Shown here piece by piece: positions 9,479 through 19,237 of a DNA stretch of 64,000 nucleotides; the stretch's first letter is position 1; each line of letters starts with the position of its first letter. The stretch spans positions 13,155 to 77,154 of the forward strand of contig CAVIBB010000001.1 in the NCBI GenBank assembly GCA_963640745.1. Direction: 5' to 3'. The position numbers were made by a program, and so were the translations under genes. Below the pieces are notes generated by a model. That model worked only from the letters and a program-made list of their open reading frames with translations, did not search any database and had not been told where the DNA came from. The stretch is from Paludibacteraceae bacterium. Lineage in GTDB: Bacteria; Actinomycetota; Coriobacteriia; Coriobacteriales; Atopobiaceae.

Positions 9479-10567
9479 TTACGCCTCGACCCCGGCGAGG
9501 CGGCAGTACTGGTCCAAATTGCTGCGGAACACAAGCTCAACGGAGCCGCGCTGCACGCCCTGCGCCGGCACCTCGCCGCGCAACAGGTAGTCACCCAGCG
9601 CGCGGGCGCCGCGATACGCGATGCCCACCGGGTCCTTGTAAACGATGTTCGTAAAGATCCCGCGGCGCATGGCGATGGCGTTCTCGGGGAAGAGGTCGCT
9701 CGCGATCACCGTGATCTCCCCCGCGCGGCCGAGCTCCAGCAGTGTGTCGGCCACGACCTCGGAACCGACGGCGAACACGCTGCACACCAGCCCCGGCGCG
9801 TCGTCGCCGGCAAGAAGCACCGCGAGCTTGCTTCGTAGCTCGTCGACCTCGGTGTGCGCGCCGTACAGGTCAAGGACCGCGTAATCGAGGCCGCGCTCAT
9901 CGAAGTAAGCGTGGAACGCGCGCGCGACGTCGGCGTGCGAATCCGTGTGCGCGTCACCTGCGAGCAGCAGGACCTTCTTGGATCCCTGGACGCCGGGAAG
10001 CAGGTTCGCCGCCTGCTCGGCCATGAGACTTCCCGCCTCGGCATACGCGGCTACGGTCGCGCAGAGCCTGCCGGTGTGCGGGCGGTCGCCGTCGACGAGC
10101 ACCAGGGCCACGCCGGTTGCGACAATCTTCGTCAGGATCTCGGTCGTGCCCGTCTCCACCGGCGCATAAGCAATCAAACCATCCGGGCGGTTGCCCGACT
10201 CGCATTCCGCCATAAGTGACGCGAGCGCCTCGCCGTAGCCGCCCATCTCGTAGGAGCGATACTCAAAGGAAAGGCCGTGGTCGCGGGATTCCTGGGCGAA
10301 CTGATCCACGCCGCGCCAAAGGTAGGCAAAGTAGAAGCTGCCCTCCTGAGCCGTGGAAGGCATGAGGACGACGACGCGGATGTCCTTGCGGCGCAGGATC
10401 GAGGCGCTCTCGTTGCGGTGATAACCGAGCTCCTCCGCACAAGCCAGAATCTGAGCGCGGACGGCGTCCGACACTCCGGGCTTATTGGCAATCACCTTGT
10501 GGACGGTGTTCACCGAGACGCCGACCTGCGCGGCGATATCTTTCATGGTTACGCGAGAGCTGCTCAT
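9479..10567 (-). CDS. LacI family transcriptional regulator
   Basis: N-terminal VTMKDIAAQVGVSVNTVHKVI..KPGVS HTH followed by a sugar-binding domain. Confidence 0.92.
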   Translation of the reverse strand: MSSSRVTMKDIAAQVGVSVNTVHKVIANKPGVSDAVRAQILACAEELGYHRNESASILRRKDIRVVVLMPSTAQEGSFYFAYLWRGVDQFAQESRDHGLSFEYRSYEMGGYGEALASLMAECESGNRPDGLIAYAPVETGTTEILTKIVATGVALVLVDGDRPHTGRLCATVAAYAEAGSLMAEQAANLLPGVQGSKKVLLLAGDAHTDSHADVARAFHAYFDERGLDYAVLDLYGAHTEVDELRSKLAVLLAGDDAPGLVCSVFAVGSEVVADTLLELGRAGEITVIASDLFPENAIAMRRGIFTNIVYKDPVGIAYRGARALGDYLLRGEVPAQGVQRGSVELVFRSNLDQYCRLAGVEA

Positions 10568-10667
10568 GGGGTCCTCGTTGTTTGGGGCGGCATCGTGCCG
10601 CGATATGCGAATCGTTCACCATAGTAGCGTGTGGCCGCTTAACGCCGGCCGGCCATACGGTGAGCGG

Positions 10668-11822
10668 TCAGCCTTCTTCGCCTTCGTCGTTTCCGCCGAT
10701 CCCAAGGCTGCCGAGTATTCCCGAGACGGACGGCAGCTCCACCTCAGGCGAGAAGGCCTTTGCCAAACCGGTAACCGCTCTGACCAAATAGCTGCGCTGT
10801 GTCTCGTCCAAGTCCGCAAACTGCGCAAACATGGCCGGAAGCGTCTCGGACAGATTGCCCTTGAGCCCGGCGAGCGTGTCTTGGCCCCCGGCGTACAGCA
10901 CCGAGAAGAGCGCGTTCACGAAGCCGGCCCGCTCCTCGGGGGTCATGGAGCGCACCCACTGGTTGAGGCTTTGGTCAAGATAACCCGCGGTCCTGGAAAG
11001 TCTCTCGGCCATCGCGAAGGCGTTGCCCTCGACGACCCAGCTGAACGGGTCGTGCTGCGTCGCGCCGACGCTCGTCGACCGCACGACGGCGTAGTCCTCC
11101 TGCTGCTCGAACATCATGCCGATAAGAGACGACTCCGGAACCGTCTTGCTTACCTTCGCGCAGCGCTCTGCGAAGTCCGCGGACGCCAGCGTCTCGGCGG
11201 TAAAGCCAGGCCCGTCGTGCGAGAACACGCGCTCGATGCGCTCGTATGTGGCTGGCTTGCAATGAGCGGCCGCATAAACGGCCAGGTTGCCGCCTTTTGA
11301 GTGGCCTCCCAGATAGAGCCGCCCCTTGACGGAACGCGCGACGCGCTCGAGGTACTGCACGGCGCGCAGCTGCGAGGGGACGCCGGTCTCGAAGGCCATG
11401 TTGAAGTCTTCTTTCCAGCCTACGAGCGAGTTGTCCGTGCCGCGGAAGCTCACGTAGGCGTCCCCGTTGGGAAAGCGCAGCGTGCATGCGGCGAACTGCT
11501 TCTCTTGCTCCTCGCTCGTCTCGCTCACGTAGGCGGCTAGGCGCACGCCAATGAGTCGCGGCGAGGCGACCGCGGCGGTAAGAAGCGCAACGAGCCCGTC
11601 CGGATCCCAGAGGCCCACAGTCATGGGGCCGAACCAGTCGGCGCGGTACAGCTCGTGCAGCCCCGCCCCGCGCATCCCGCGGGCGGACTTGGCTTCCTCG
11701 GGCAGACGGTAATACGAGAGGCAGGAAAGCACGAGGCTGTCCACGTCCGAGAGCGGCAGCTCATCGAACCCGCGGAACTCCCGCCCCAGGTAATCGACTA
11801 TGTTCTGCTCTCCTGCACTCAT
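10668..11822 (-). CDS. DUF2974 (Mbeg1-like) alpha/beta hydrolase
   Basis: FRGTDNSLVGWKEDFNM, GHSKGGNLA nucleophile elbow, HDGPGF, HDPFSW. Confidence 0.85.
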   Translation of the reverse strand: MSAGEQNIVDYLGREFRGFDELPLSDVDSLVLSCLSYYRLPEEAKSARGMRGAGLHELYRADWFGPMTVGLWDPDGLVALLTAAVASPRLIGVRLAAYVSETSEEQEKQFAACTLRFPNGDAYVSFRGTDNSLVGWKEDFNMAFETGVPSQLRAVQYLERVARSVKGRLYLGGHSKGGNLAVYAAAHCKPATYERIERVFSHDGPGFTAETLASADFAERCAKVSKTVPESSLIGMMFEQQEDYAVVRSTSVGATQHDPFSWVVEGNAFAMAERLSRTAGYLDQSLNQWVRSMTPEERAGFVNALFSVLYAGGQDTLAGLKGNLSETLPAMFAQFADLDETQRSYLVRAVTGLAKAFSPEVELPSVSGILGSLGIGGNDEGEEG

Positions 11823-12247
11823 AGCTCACCAGAAAAGAGCGCCGCCGCCTGGCCAATCGTCAACTTCCGGCAAGAAGAACCGGCGAAGCCACGCTCGTCT
11901 CGGGTAACGATGCCGTCAGCCGAGACGCCTTCGGCACCCGCCCGCACAAGGCCATCTTCAAAATCAGGCTCATTCGAACCGAGCGAGGCCTTGACCAAGC
12001 CGGCATCGCAGGGAATGAGCTCGAGGGCATTCGAAATCGCCGCAATCGCCTTACGAGCCGCCGGCTCGTCCCGATAATGACGGCATAGGATGTAGTACGC
12101 ATCCTTTAGGCTCGAGGCCAGGGCCATGAGGTTCTTTTCGCCTGTGGCAAGAGCGCGCGCGAACAGCTTGTGCGCATCCTCGTGAGAGGGCCGGCCCGGC
12201 GCCAACGCATCGATAAGCACACAGGTGTCGACCATGACTTTAGGCAT
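11819..12247 (-). CDS. PIN-domain toxin (VapC-like)
   Basis: VMVDTCVLID, DFEDGL, IVTRD motifs; start overlaps the antitoxin stop. Confidence 0.85.
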   Translation of the reverse strand: MPKVMVDTCVLIDALAPGRPSHEDAHKLFARALATGEKNLMALASSLKDAYYILCRHYRDEPAARKAIAAISNALELIPCDAGLVKASLGSNEPDFEDGLVRAGAEGVSADGIVTRDERGFAGSSCRKLTIGQAAALFSGEL

Positions 12248-12521
12248 AACGCTCCCCCAAAAGATCGCGGTCCGCAGACTTCGAGTCGTCAAGCCAGGGC
12301 ACCTCGGGTAGGGTCTCTGTTATCGAGACGGCTCGCTCGAACCACTCGAGGGGCGAGACCTCGGGCGCCTCCTCGTGCCTGGCAATCGAAACGGAATCCC
12401 CGTCGAAGGAAATATCCACACTGTCGCCCGCGCTCACCGAAAGCACTTTGAGGACGGCCGGAGGCAGCGCGACGCACGAACTGTTGCCGTTTCTCGTTAT
12501 CTTTCGCGTCACGGTATGCAT
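12240..12521 (-). CDS. AbrB/MazE/SpoVT-family antitoxin
   Basis: RKITRNGNSSCVALP...GDSVDI swapped-hairpin motif; AAGGAGG RBS. Confidence 0.85.
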   Translation of the reverse strand: MHTVTRKITRNGNSSCVALPPAVLKVLSVSAGDSVDISFDGDSVSIARHEEAPEVSPLEWFERAVSITETLPEVPWLDDSKSADRDLLGERYA

Positions 12522-12533
12522 CATGGCCTCCTT

Positions 12534-12558
12534 ATGTACGTACATTATGTATGTACAG
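12534..12558. promoter_or_regulatory. Probable TA autoregulatory operator
   Basis: Perfect palindrome ATGTACGTACAT at 12534-12545 and near-copy ATGTATGTACAG at 12547-12558, next to a minus-strand TATACT -10-like hexamer at 12557-12562. Confidence 0.55.
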
Positions 12559-12595
12559 TATAACCAAAGTACTGTCGAGCAGACCCCAAGCCCCC

Positions 12596-14809
12596 CTACC
12601 CCTTAGGTTTCCAGCGGCGGCGGGTGGCATGGGCACTACCCTTGCGGGCGCCGGCCTTGAGACGAGCCATGACGTCGTCGGTGCTCGCGCCCTCAAGGCG
12701 GCTCTTTACCTCGACGAGCTGGTCTCGGGCGGCTGCGGCGCGTTCGAAATCCATCTCCTCGGAGGCGCGGGCCATCTCGGCCTGCAAGCCCGCCGCAAGC
12801 TCCTCGAGCTCAGAACGAGACAGCTCGCCCAGGTCCAGGACGTGGCGGTCCTCAGGCGCCCCCTGTTCGTCGGCGCCCTCGCCCGAGGCGGTGTAGAACG
12901 CGCCGTGGCCCAGCTCGTCGCCCCGGCTGCGCTTGCGCTTGCCCACGTTATCGTCCGCCTCGGCGATAAACGCGCTGATGTCGTTGATGGCCTTATGGAC
13001 CGTCTTTGGCACGATGCCGTGCTCGGCGTTGAACGCCTGCTGGATCTCTCGGCGGCGCGCCGTCTCGTCGATGGCGACGCGCATGGAGTCGGTAACCACG
13101 TCCGCGTACATGATGACCTGGCCTTTTGCGTTTCTTGCCGCGCGTCCCATGGTCTGAATGAGCGAGCGGCGGTTACGCAGGAAACCTTCCTTATCCGCGT
13201 CGAGGATAGCCACGAGCGAGACCTCGGGGATGTCGAGACCCTCGCGCAGCAGATTAATACCCACGAGCACGTCGATACGCCCCTCGCGCAGGTCGCGGAT
13301 GATCTCCACGCGCTCCAGCGTCGCGGTGTCCGAGTGCATGTAGTTGACCCGGACCCCCTCGTCGAGCAGATGGTCGGTCAGGTCCTCGGCCATGCGCTTG
13401 GTAAGCGTGGTCACGAGCACGCGCTCCTTGATAGCCACGCGGGTCTTTATCTCCTCGATAAGGTCGTCTATCTGCCCCTCGATGGGGCGCACCTCGACCT
13501 CCGGGTCCAGAAGGCCCGTCGGGCGAATGATCTGCTCCACGCGCCGCTGCGAGACGGACTCCTCGTAGTCGCCCGGCGTCGCGCTCACGTAAATGAACTG
13601 CGGCACGCGCCCCTCGAACTCGTCGAAGCGAAGCGGGCGGTTATCGAGCGCGGAGGGCAGGCGGAACCCGTGCTCGACCAGCGTGACCTTGCGGGAGCGG
13701 TCGCCCTCGTGCATGCCGCGGATCTGCGGGACGGTCACGTGGCTCTCGTCGATGATGCAAACCATGTCCGACGGGAAGTAGTCGATGAGCGTGAAGGGCG
13801 GCTCGCCCGGCTTGCGGCCGTCGAGGTGGCGCGAGTAGTTCTCGATGCCGTTGCAGAAGCCCATGGTGTCGAGCATCTCGAGGTCGTAGGCCGTGCGCTG
13901 AGAGAGGCGCTGGGCCTCCAGGAGCTTATCGGCGGCCTTGAGCTCGGCCACGCGGGCCTCGAGCTCGTCGTTGATGGTCTTAAGCGCGCGGCCTACCTTC
14001 GGACGCTCGGTCACGTAGTGCGACGCCGGCCAGATGGGGATGGCGTCGAACTCGCGCACAATCTCGCCCGTAACGCCGTCCACCTCGGCAATGAGCTCGA
14101 CCTCGTCGCCAAAGAAGCTCACGCGCAGCGGGTTCTCCGCATACGGCGGGAAGACGTCGACGGTGTCCCCGCGCACGCGGAACGTGCCGCGCGCCAAGTC
14201 GTAGTCGTTGCGGTCGTACTGGATATCGATTAAGGACTTGATAAGTTCATCGCGTTCGAGCGGCTCGTCCTTGCTCACATTGGGCGCAAGACCCGCGTAA
14301 TCCTGCGGGCTGCCGATGCCGTAGATGCAGCTCACCGAGGCGACCACGATGACGTCGCGGCGAGAAAGCAGACTCGAGGTGGCCTGGTGGCGCAGCTTCT
14401 CGACCTCCTCGTTAATGGAGGAGTCCTTCTCGATGTACGTATCCGTCTGCGGGACGTAGGCCTCAGGCTGATAGTAGTCGTAGTAAGAGACGAAGTACAC
14501 GACGGCGTTGTTCGGGAAGAACTCGCGCATCTCGGAGGCGACCTGGGCAGCCAGGGTCTTGTTCGGCTCCATGATGAGGGTCGGGCGGTTGAGCGCCTCG
14601 ATGGTCTTTGCCATGGTGAAGGTCTTGCCCGAGCCCGTGACGCCCATGAGCGTCTGGTAGCGCAGGCCCTCCTCGACGCCTTGTGCGAGCTTCTCGATGG
14701 CCTGGGGCTGGTCGCCTGCCGGCTCGAACTCGGAGACGACGCGCAGGGGCTCGCCTGCGCCTTCCCGGCCGAATCGCTTGAGCTCGCCGCCGAACCGCTC
14801 GTCTGCCAT
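12596..14809 (-). CDS. uvrB: Excinuclease ABC subunit B
   Basis: [44 protein letters not shown] and a C-terminal UVR domain. Confidence 0.98.
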   Translation of the reverse strand: MADERFGGELKRFGREGAGEPLRVVSEFEPAGDQPQAIEKLAQGVEEGLRYQTLMGVTGSGKTFTMAKTIEALNRPTLIMEPNKTLAAQVASEMREFFPNNAVVYFVSYYDYYQPEAYVPQTDTYIEKDSSINEEVEKLRHQATSSLLSRRDVIVVASVSCIYGIGSPQDYAGLAPNVSKDEPLERDELIKSLIDIQYDRNDYDLARGTFRVRGDTVDVFPPYAENPLRVSFFGDEVELIAEVDGVTGEIVREFDAIPIWPASHYVTERPKVGRALKTINDELEARVAELKAADKLLEAQRLSQRTAYDLEMLDTMGFCNGIENYSRHLDGRKPGEPPFTLIDYFPSDMVCIIDESHVTVPQIRGMHEGDRSRKVTLVEHGFRLPSALDNRPLRFDEFEGRVPQFIYVSATPGDYEESVSQRRVEQIIRPTGLLDPEVEVRPIEGQIDDLIEEIKTRVAIKERVLVTTLTKRMAEDLTDHLLDEGVRVNYMHSDTATLERVEIIRDLREGRIDVLVGINLLREGLDIPEVSLVAILDADKEGFLRNRRSLIQTMGRAARNAKGQVIMYADVVTDSMRVAIDETARRREIQQAFNAEHGIVPKTVHKAINDISAFIAEADDNVGKRKRSRGDELGHGAFYTASGEGADEQGAPEDRHVLDLGELSRSELEELAAGLQAEMARASEEMDFERAAAARDQLVEVKSRLEGASTDDVMARLKAGARKGSAHATRRRWKPKG

Positions 14810-14835
14810 GCCGACCTCCCTCTATTTGCTAAACT

Positions 14836-14849
14836 AGTACAAGTGTACC
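14836..14849. promoter_or_regulatory. Possible SOS-box-like site (GTAC-N4-GTAC)
   Basis: AGTACAAGTGTACC just upstream of the uvrB RBS; same geometry as the Gram-positive LexA box GAAC-N4-GTTC. Confidence 0.35.
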
Positions 14850-14920
14850 AGTATTTTGCATGGTGATAGCCGACACGCGGCGCTTGGATAAAATAAAGGG
14901 AGAGAACGTCTACTCAAGGG

Positions 14921-17227
14921 GTGGCTTTGGGAGTTTCGCGCTGGCATAGGTTTCGTGAGGCGGTCCGTCGGCTGGTGGCCGGCGCGCAGGGCGCGTCCGC
15001 GGAAGCGCGCGCAGACGGTTGGCTCGAAGCCGACGTAAAGCCCGCAACCGACGCAGCGCCCGAGGCGGGTAACGCCGCTCCGCTCGGCACCACCCTCCGC
15101 GACCCCGAACCCGTCCCCGAGCCAAGCTCGGATGACGCCCCCTCCCCAACCGAGCCCGCCCTTCAAATCGCAGAGTCCCCCGCACCCGAGACCCCCGACC
15201 CTTGGAGCGAAGTCGACGCGCTTATCCTGCGCAGCACCGACGTTATCGCCAGCCTGGCGGACCTCGTGCGCCACGGTGACGCGCCCGCCGAGCTGGCCGA
15301 AGCCGTGACGCGCTGCGGGCTTCTCGGCTGGAAAGAAGCGCCACGCCTCGAGGCAAAGCGCCCGCGTCGCAGCGGCAACTGGTGGCTGTGGTCCGAAAGC
15401 GAGCTCTCAAACGCCGACTACGACCGCCTGGCCGCCGTCGAGCTCGCCTTGAACCTCGCCGACGACATGCACTTCGGCCTCGACGGGCTCGGCGATGACG
15501 CCCCGTTCGAAAAGCGCGCGGAGGCGCTTCTTGCCCGCGCGGTCGACCTCGAGCCGTTGGGCACCCCGGACGAAAACACGCGCTTCTTTGCGCAAGGAGC
15601 CGAGGAAGGCGGCGAATGGGCGACGCGCCTCTCGCTCGCCGACTTCGCGCAGAGCCTGCCTGCCCCACTGCGCGTAGACATCGACCTGCAGGTCAATGTG
15701 GCCGACGGCATCGTCGTGGCCGACGTCGAGGTGCCGCGGCCGGACGCCTTCGCCTGCGTCGCGGGCGACCCCGCGCGGCGTGCAGCGCACGCACGCAGCT
15801 ACGCCATGGCCCTCTCCCTCGCCGTGGGGCGCGGAGCGTTCGGCGCGAGCGGCCGCATCACCCGCGCAGTCGTCAACGGCCACGAGCACGGCACGCACAC
15901 GCCCGTGATGAGCATCGACCTCACCCCCGGTGGCCTCGAGCGCCTCGTCGATGAACTGCGGGTCTCCGAACTCGGCGAGCTTCCGCGCGGGCTCGGAATC
16001 CGCTGGTTCGCCAGCGCCGACGGCCGCCTTGCCCCCGTCGATCCGTTCATGGCCGTGTGGGACGAGGGCGTGGCGCCCCTCTCGCGCTGGTACGGCATCG
16101 AGGAGAACCGTCATCCAGTCAGCGAGCCTCTTGCCAAGGCGACAAAAGCTTCTACCTACTCTGACCTGGGCATTAATGAGAAGGCCGTGCGAATTGACGC
16201 CTGGAACGAGGCTGTCGGCTGGCTCGGCGCGAGCACCAGGCGAGCGGTGGCGGCCTTCGAGGCGAGGCGCCGGCGCGCTGCCGACCTGTCCGTCGCCGAC
16301 GCATGCGAGCGCGTGAGCCGCGCCCTCGTCTCGGGCGACGTCGACGTCTTCGACCGGCAGTCGATGGCGTTGCTCTTCGTCGAGGGCGGCGATCTCACCC
16401 GCACGGTGACCGACGTCGCAAGCCAACTGAACGCTCGACCCGGCCATACGGCCGAGGAGCTGCAGGCGGCGCTGTCGCGCCTCGACGCCGTGCTCGAGCC
16501 CGCGCAACAGACCGCGCGCTACGAGGACGACACCAGGTTCGTCTTCCGCTTCTTCAACTCCGTCGCCGAGCGCGTCCGCTATAACCAGACCGTCAACGAC
16601 AACAGCCGTGAGCTGCGCCTCGTTCCCGACGAGTACTACGCCGCCCATACCCAGGCGGCGATTATCCTCACCGCCTTGGGCCGCCACGAGGAGGCGCTTG
16701 AACACGCCGACGAGCTCGTACGCATAGCCCCGGTGACGCCCGACGCGACCCTCACGCGCGTCCGCGTCCTCGAGGAGCTCTCACGCATCTACGAGGCGGA
16801 GGCCGCACTTAAGGAGGCCATCAACTTCGCGAGCTGCCTTCACGACCTCGCGACCTGCTTCTATCGTCTCGCGTTCATGGAGTGGAAGCTCGGGCGCGGC
16901 CAGCTGAGCGTTGCCTGCTACCAACGCGCGGCCGAACTTCACGGCAGCGTGCGCGAGCGAGCCGTCAAGGAACTTGGCGATGTGCTGACCGCGGGCGAAG
17001 GGCTGCGCCAGCTCTCGCGGGACGAAGCGCGCGAGACGATTCTGGCAGCCGGGCTGCCATACGGCGACGTCGACCAGATTCGGACCATGGCCCGCGACGC
17101 CGCAGTGGCCTGTGCAGACGCGGGGCTGCTCGGCACCGCGAGGCCGCTCGTCGGCGTGCTCCTCGAGGCCGAGCAGGACGACGTCCTCATGAGCGTCTAC
17201 GGCTCGCTCGTCCCTGCGCGGCCGTAA
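14921..17227 (+). CDS. Hypothetical protein with C-terminal TPR repeats
   Basis: Long ORF with typical codon bias; helical repeats such as AIILTALGRHEEALEHADELVRIAP and YRLAFMEWKLGRGQLSVACYQRA. Confidence 0.7.
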   Translation: MALGVSRWHRFREAVRRLVAGAQGASAEARADGWLEADVKPATDAAPEAGNAAPLGTTLRDPEPVPEPSSDDAPSPTEPALQIAESPAPETPDPWSEVDALILRSTDVIASLADLVRHGDAPAELAEAVTRCGLLGWKEAPRLEAKRPRRSGNWWLWSESELSNADYDRLAAVELALNLADDMHFGLDGLGDDAPFEKRAEALLARAVDLEPLGTPDENTRFFAQGAEEGGEWATRLSLADFAQSLPAPLRVDIDLQVNVADGIVVADVEVPRPDAFACVAGDPARRAAHARSYAMALSLAVGRGAFGASGRITRAVVNGHEHGTHTPVMSIDLTPGGLERLVDELRVSELGELPRGLGIRWFASADGRLAPVDPFMAVWDEGVAPLSRWYGIEENRHPVSEPLAKATKASTYSDLGINEKAVRIDAWNEAVGWLGASTRRAVAAFEARRRRAADLSVADACERVSRALVSGDVDVFDRQSMALLFVEGGDLTRTVTDVASQLNARPGHTAEELQAALSRLDAVLEPAQQTARYEDDTRFVFRFFNSVAERVRYNQTVNDNSRELRLVPDEYYAAHTQAAIILTALGRHEEALEHADELVRIAPVTPDATLTRVRVLEELSRIYEAEAALKEAINFASCLHDLATCFYRLAFMEWKLGRGQLSVACYQRAAELHGSVRERAVKELGDVLTAGEGLRQLSRDEARETILAAGLPYGDVDQIRTMARDAAVACADAGLLGTARPLVGVLLEAEQDDVLMSVYGSLVPARP

Positions 17228-17263
17228 GCCGTCCGACGCCGCGCGCGGCGAGGTTACATCAGG

Positions 17264-17869
17264 CTACACGGCCGCTTCGCCCGTCAAACCATCGGGATAG
17301 CTTTTCTGATAGCCCTCGTAGGCGGCCTTGACCCGCTCGAGGTAATACTTCGTCTCTGAATAGCTCACGCTCTCGGGCACCGAGCCGCCCTCGTCGAGCC
17401 AGCGCTGCACGGCGGCGAGGCCTGCGTTGTACGCGCAGACGACCTCGTCCGACGAGCTCAGCTCGTTCTGAAGGATCCCCAGGTAGGCACAGCCGTATTC
17501 GATGTTCACGACGGGGTCGGAAAGAGAAGACGGGTCATAGGCGTCCCCGTCCACGAGTCCGCGCTCCGCGAGCTCGGCGGCCGTCGAGGGCATGACCTGC
17601 ATGAGGCCGACGGCGCCCGCGCTCGACTCGGCCGTCTCGGTCCAGTTCGACTCGCACTTGGCCACGGCTGCCACGAGCAAGGGATCCACCCCGTGGCGAG
17701 CAGCCGACTCCTCGATCTGCTCGGCATACTTGACGGGGTAGAAGGCCTGGGCCACCAGTGTGGTCGGAGAAGCCGCGAGCGTGGCCGAGGCCGCGAAGGC
17801 GATGGCCAAGACGAGCATGGGCAGCACCCGGAACCAGCGCAGGAAGCGCGTGGGTTTCTTACTCGCCAT
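17264..17869 (-). CDS. Lytic transglycosylase (SLT domain)
   Basis: AVAKCESNW, GAVGLMQVMP, AYNAG and ETKYY motifs; N-terminal TM segment. Confidence 0.9.
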   Translation of the reverse strand: MASKKPTRFLRWFRVLPMLVLAIAFAASATLAASPTTLVAQAFYPVKYAEQIEESAARHGVDPLLVAAVAKCESNWTETAESSAGAVGLMQVMPSTAAELAERGLVDGDAYDPSSLSDPVVNIEYGCAYLGILQNELSSSDEVVCAYNAGLAAVQRWLDEGGSVPESVSYSETKYYLERVKAAYEGYQKSYPDGLTGEAAV

Positions 17870-18491
17870 CGCTCTCTCCCTTCCAGCCGTTGGCCTCGCG
17901 AGCGCGCCACCAGGCGTCGATCTGGTCGGCGAGGTCCGAGGGACCCCCGGAGTTGTCGATAACGGCCGTCGCATAGTTGCGCAGATACTCGTCGCTCGGC
18001 TGGTTCGCTGCACGGCGGTCGAAGTCGTCGGCGTCCATGCCACGGCCAATCGCGCGGATACGACGCAGGTCAACGGGACAGTCGACGACCAGGATCTCGT
18101 CCGCCAGGTTGAACATGGACTCCATGCGGTCAAGCAAGGGCACCTCGACGATGCAGACGGACGGCTCGGTCTGCCCGCACGGGCCGCCCTCGAGGACATG
18201 CACGAGCATCTCGCGTATATACGGCAGCTCAATAGCCTCGAGTCGCGCGGCGGACTCGTCGTCGGCGAACGCCCTCGACGCGAGCGAGCGCCGGTCAAGC
18301 GTCCCCGTCTCGGCGTCAATAATGTCAGCGCCAAAAGCCTCGGCCACCTCGTCCACACAAGGGCAGCCCGGCTCAAGGACCGCACGCGAAAGCTGGTCGA
18401 GATCGATGCGCCACGCGCCGCGGCGCTCAAGGGCGCGGGCGACCGACGACTTGCCGGAGGCTATGCCCCCAGCGAGAAAGACAACATACAT
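17859..18491 (-). CDS. coaE: Dephospho-CoA kinase
   Basis: LAGGIASGKS P-loop, LDRRSLASRAF, VEVPLL, IDNSG; usual coaE-slt pairing. Confidence 0.92.
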   Translation of the reverse strand: MYVVFLAGGIASGKSSVARALERRGAWRIDLDQLSRAVLEPGCPCVDEVAEAFGADIIDAETGTLDRRSLASRAFADDESAARLEAIELPYIREMLVHVLEGGPCGQTEPSVCIVEVPLLDRMESMFNLADEILVVDCPVDLRRIRAIGRGMDADDFDRRAANQPSDEYLRNYATAVIDNSGGPSDLADQIDAWWRAREANGWKGESDGE

Positions 18492-18662
18492 AGAGGATTG
18501 CTCCCAAGTGCGATTAAGGTGTGTTCGGGACGCAAAGGCTTGCGGGCAAAGCATCATACCATGCACGATGCGAGCCCCGAACGGCGCCGCGCATCCACCA
18601 CAGACTCGCCCAACCAGGGTCGAGCGGGCATTCGACTCGGTTTTGCCGGCCCCAGCAGGGGC

Positions 18663-18789
18663 ATGCCCGACTTATCCCACTTTAAAATTCAACTCGCCGA
18701 GTAGCCGAGGCCATTTTGGGCACGTTTTCCCAGTTGAGTCGGCTCGGATACTCGCTAAATCCAATTTTAAAGTGGGATAAGTCGGGCAT
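18663..18789. repeat. 127-bp hairpin/MITE-like element, copy 1
   Basis: Perfect 27-bp terminal inverted repeats ATGCCCGACTTATCCCACTTTAAAATT (18663-18689 and 18763-18789); central CCCAGTTGAG. Confidence 0.9.
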
Positions 18790-18908
18790 ACGCTCCTGGA
18801 GCGCCCTTGGGGGACCAAAATCCGTGCCCGGCCGCCCTCGCACAGGCCGCAAAGCCCGCCTCAGCACACAAAAAGAGCCACCGCACTTGCGATGACTCTT
18901 TGAGTTTA

Positions 18909-18983
18909 TGGTGGGCGTTACAAGATTTGAACTTGTGACCTCTTCCGTGTCAGGGAAGCGCTCTCCCCCTGAGCTAAACGCCC
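18909..18983 (-). tRNA. tRNA-Val (anticodon GAC)
   Basis: GGGCGTTTAGCTCAG...CTTCC-CTGACAC-GGAAG...GTTCAAATC...ACGCCCACCA folds as a cloverleaf with encoded CCA. Confidence 0.97.
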
Positions 18984-19015
18984 GAAGCTTGGGGTGCGCG
19001 TTTTGCGCAAGGAGT

Positions 19016-19044
19016 AATATACCTAAGCCCCCACCCCGATGCAA
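19016..19044 (-). promoter_or_regulatory. Sigma70-type promoter of tRNA-Val
   Basis: TTGCAT-N17-TATATT on the minus strand. Confidence 0.7.
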
Positions 19045-19237
19045 GCACTTTTTAGAAAAAAATTTTCCGGGCCCCAAAATCGTCCTCCGAGACGTTTCTC
19101 CCGAGGCCCGCCATCCCAGCCGAAAGGCCTCGCTCCAAACGCCGAAACGCACCGATTGCCAGCCGCCCGCAATCCCACTCTTTCTTGCCCATCGCGGTAC
19201 TATGTCCACGGATAATGACCGCCTCAAAGGAGGAGCA

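Noticed and set aside
9047..9838. Repetitive ORFs in several frames (e.g. 9047..9454, 9136..9654, 9150..9464)
   Set aside because: They are by-products of a stop-free GC-rich 41-bp repeat whose period is not a multiple of three.
18600..18983. Genomic island integrated at tRNA-Val
   Set aside because: No integrase and no duplicated tRNA 3' end seen; the flanking genes are housekeeping.
18908..19237. N-terminal extension of pepV
   Set aside because: It overlaps tRNA-Val and its promoter; the strong RBS precedes ATG 19238.
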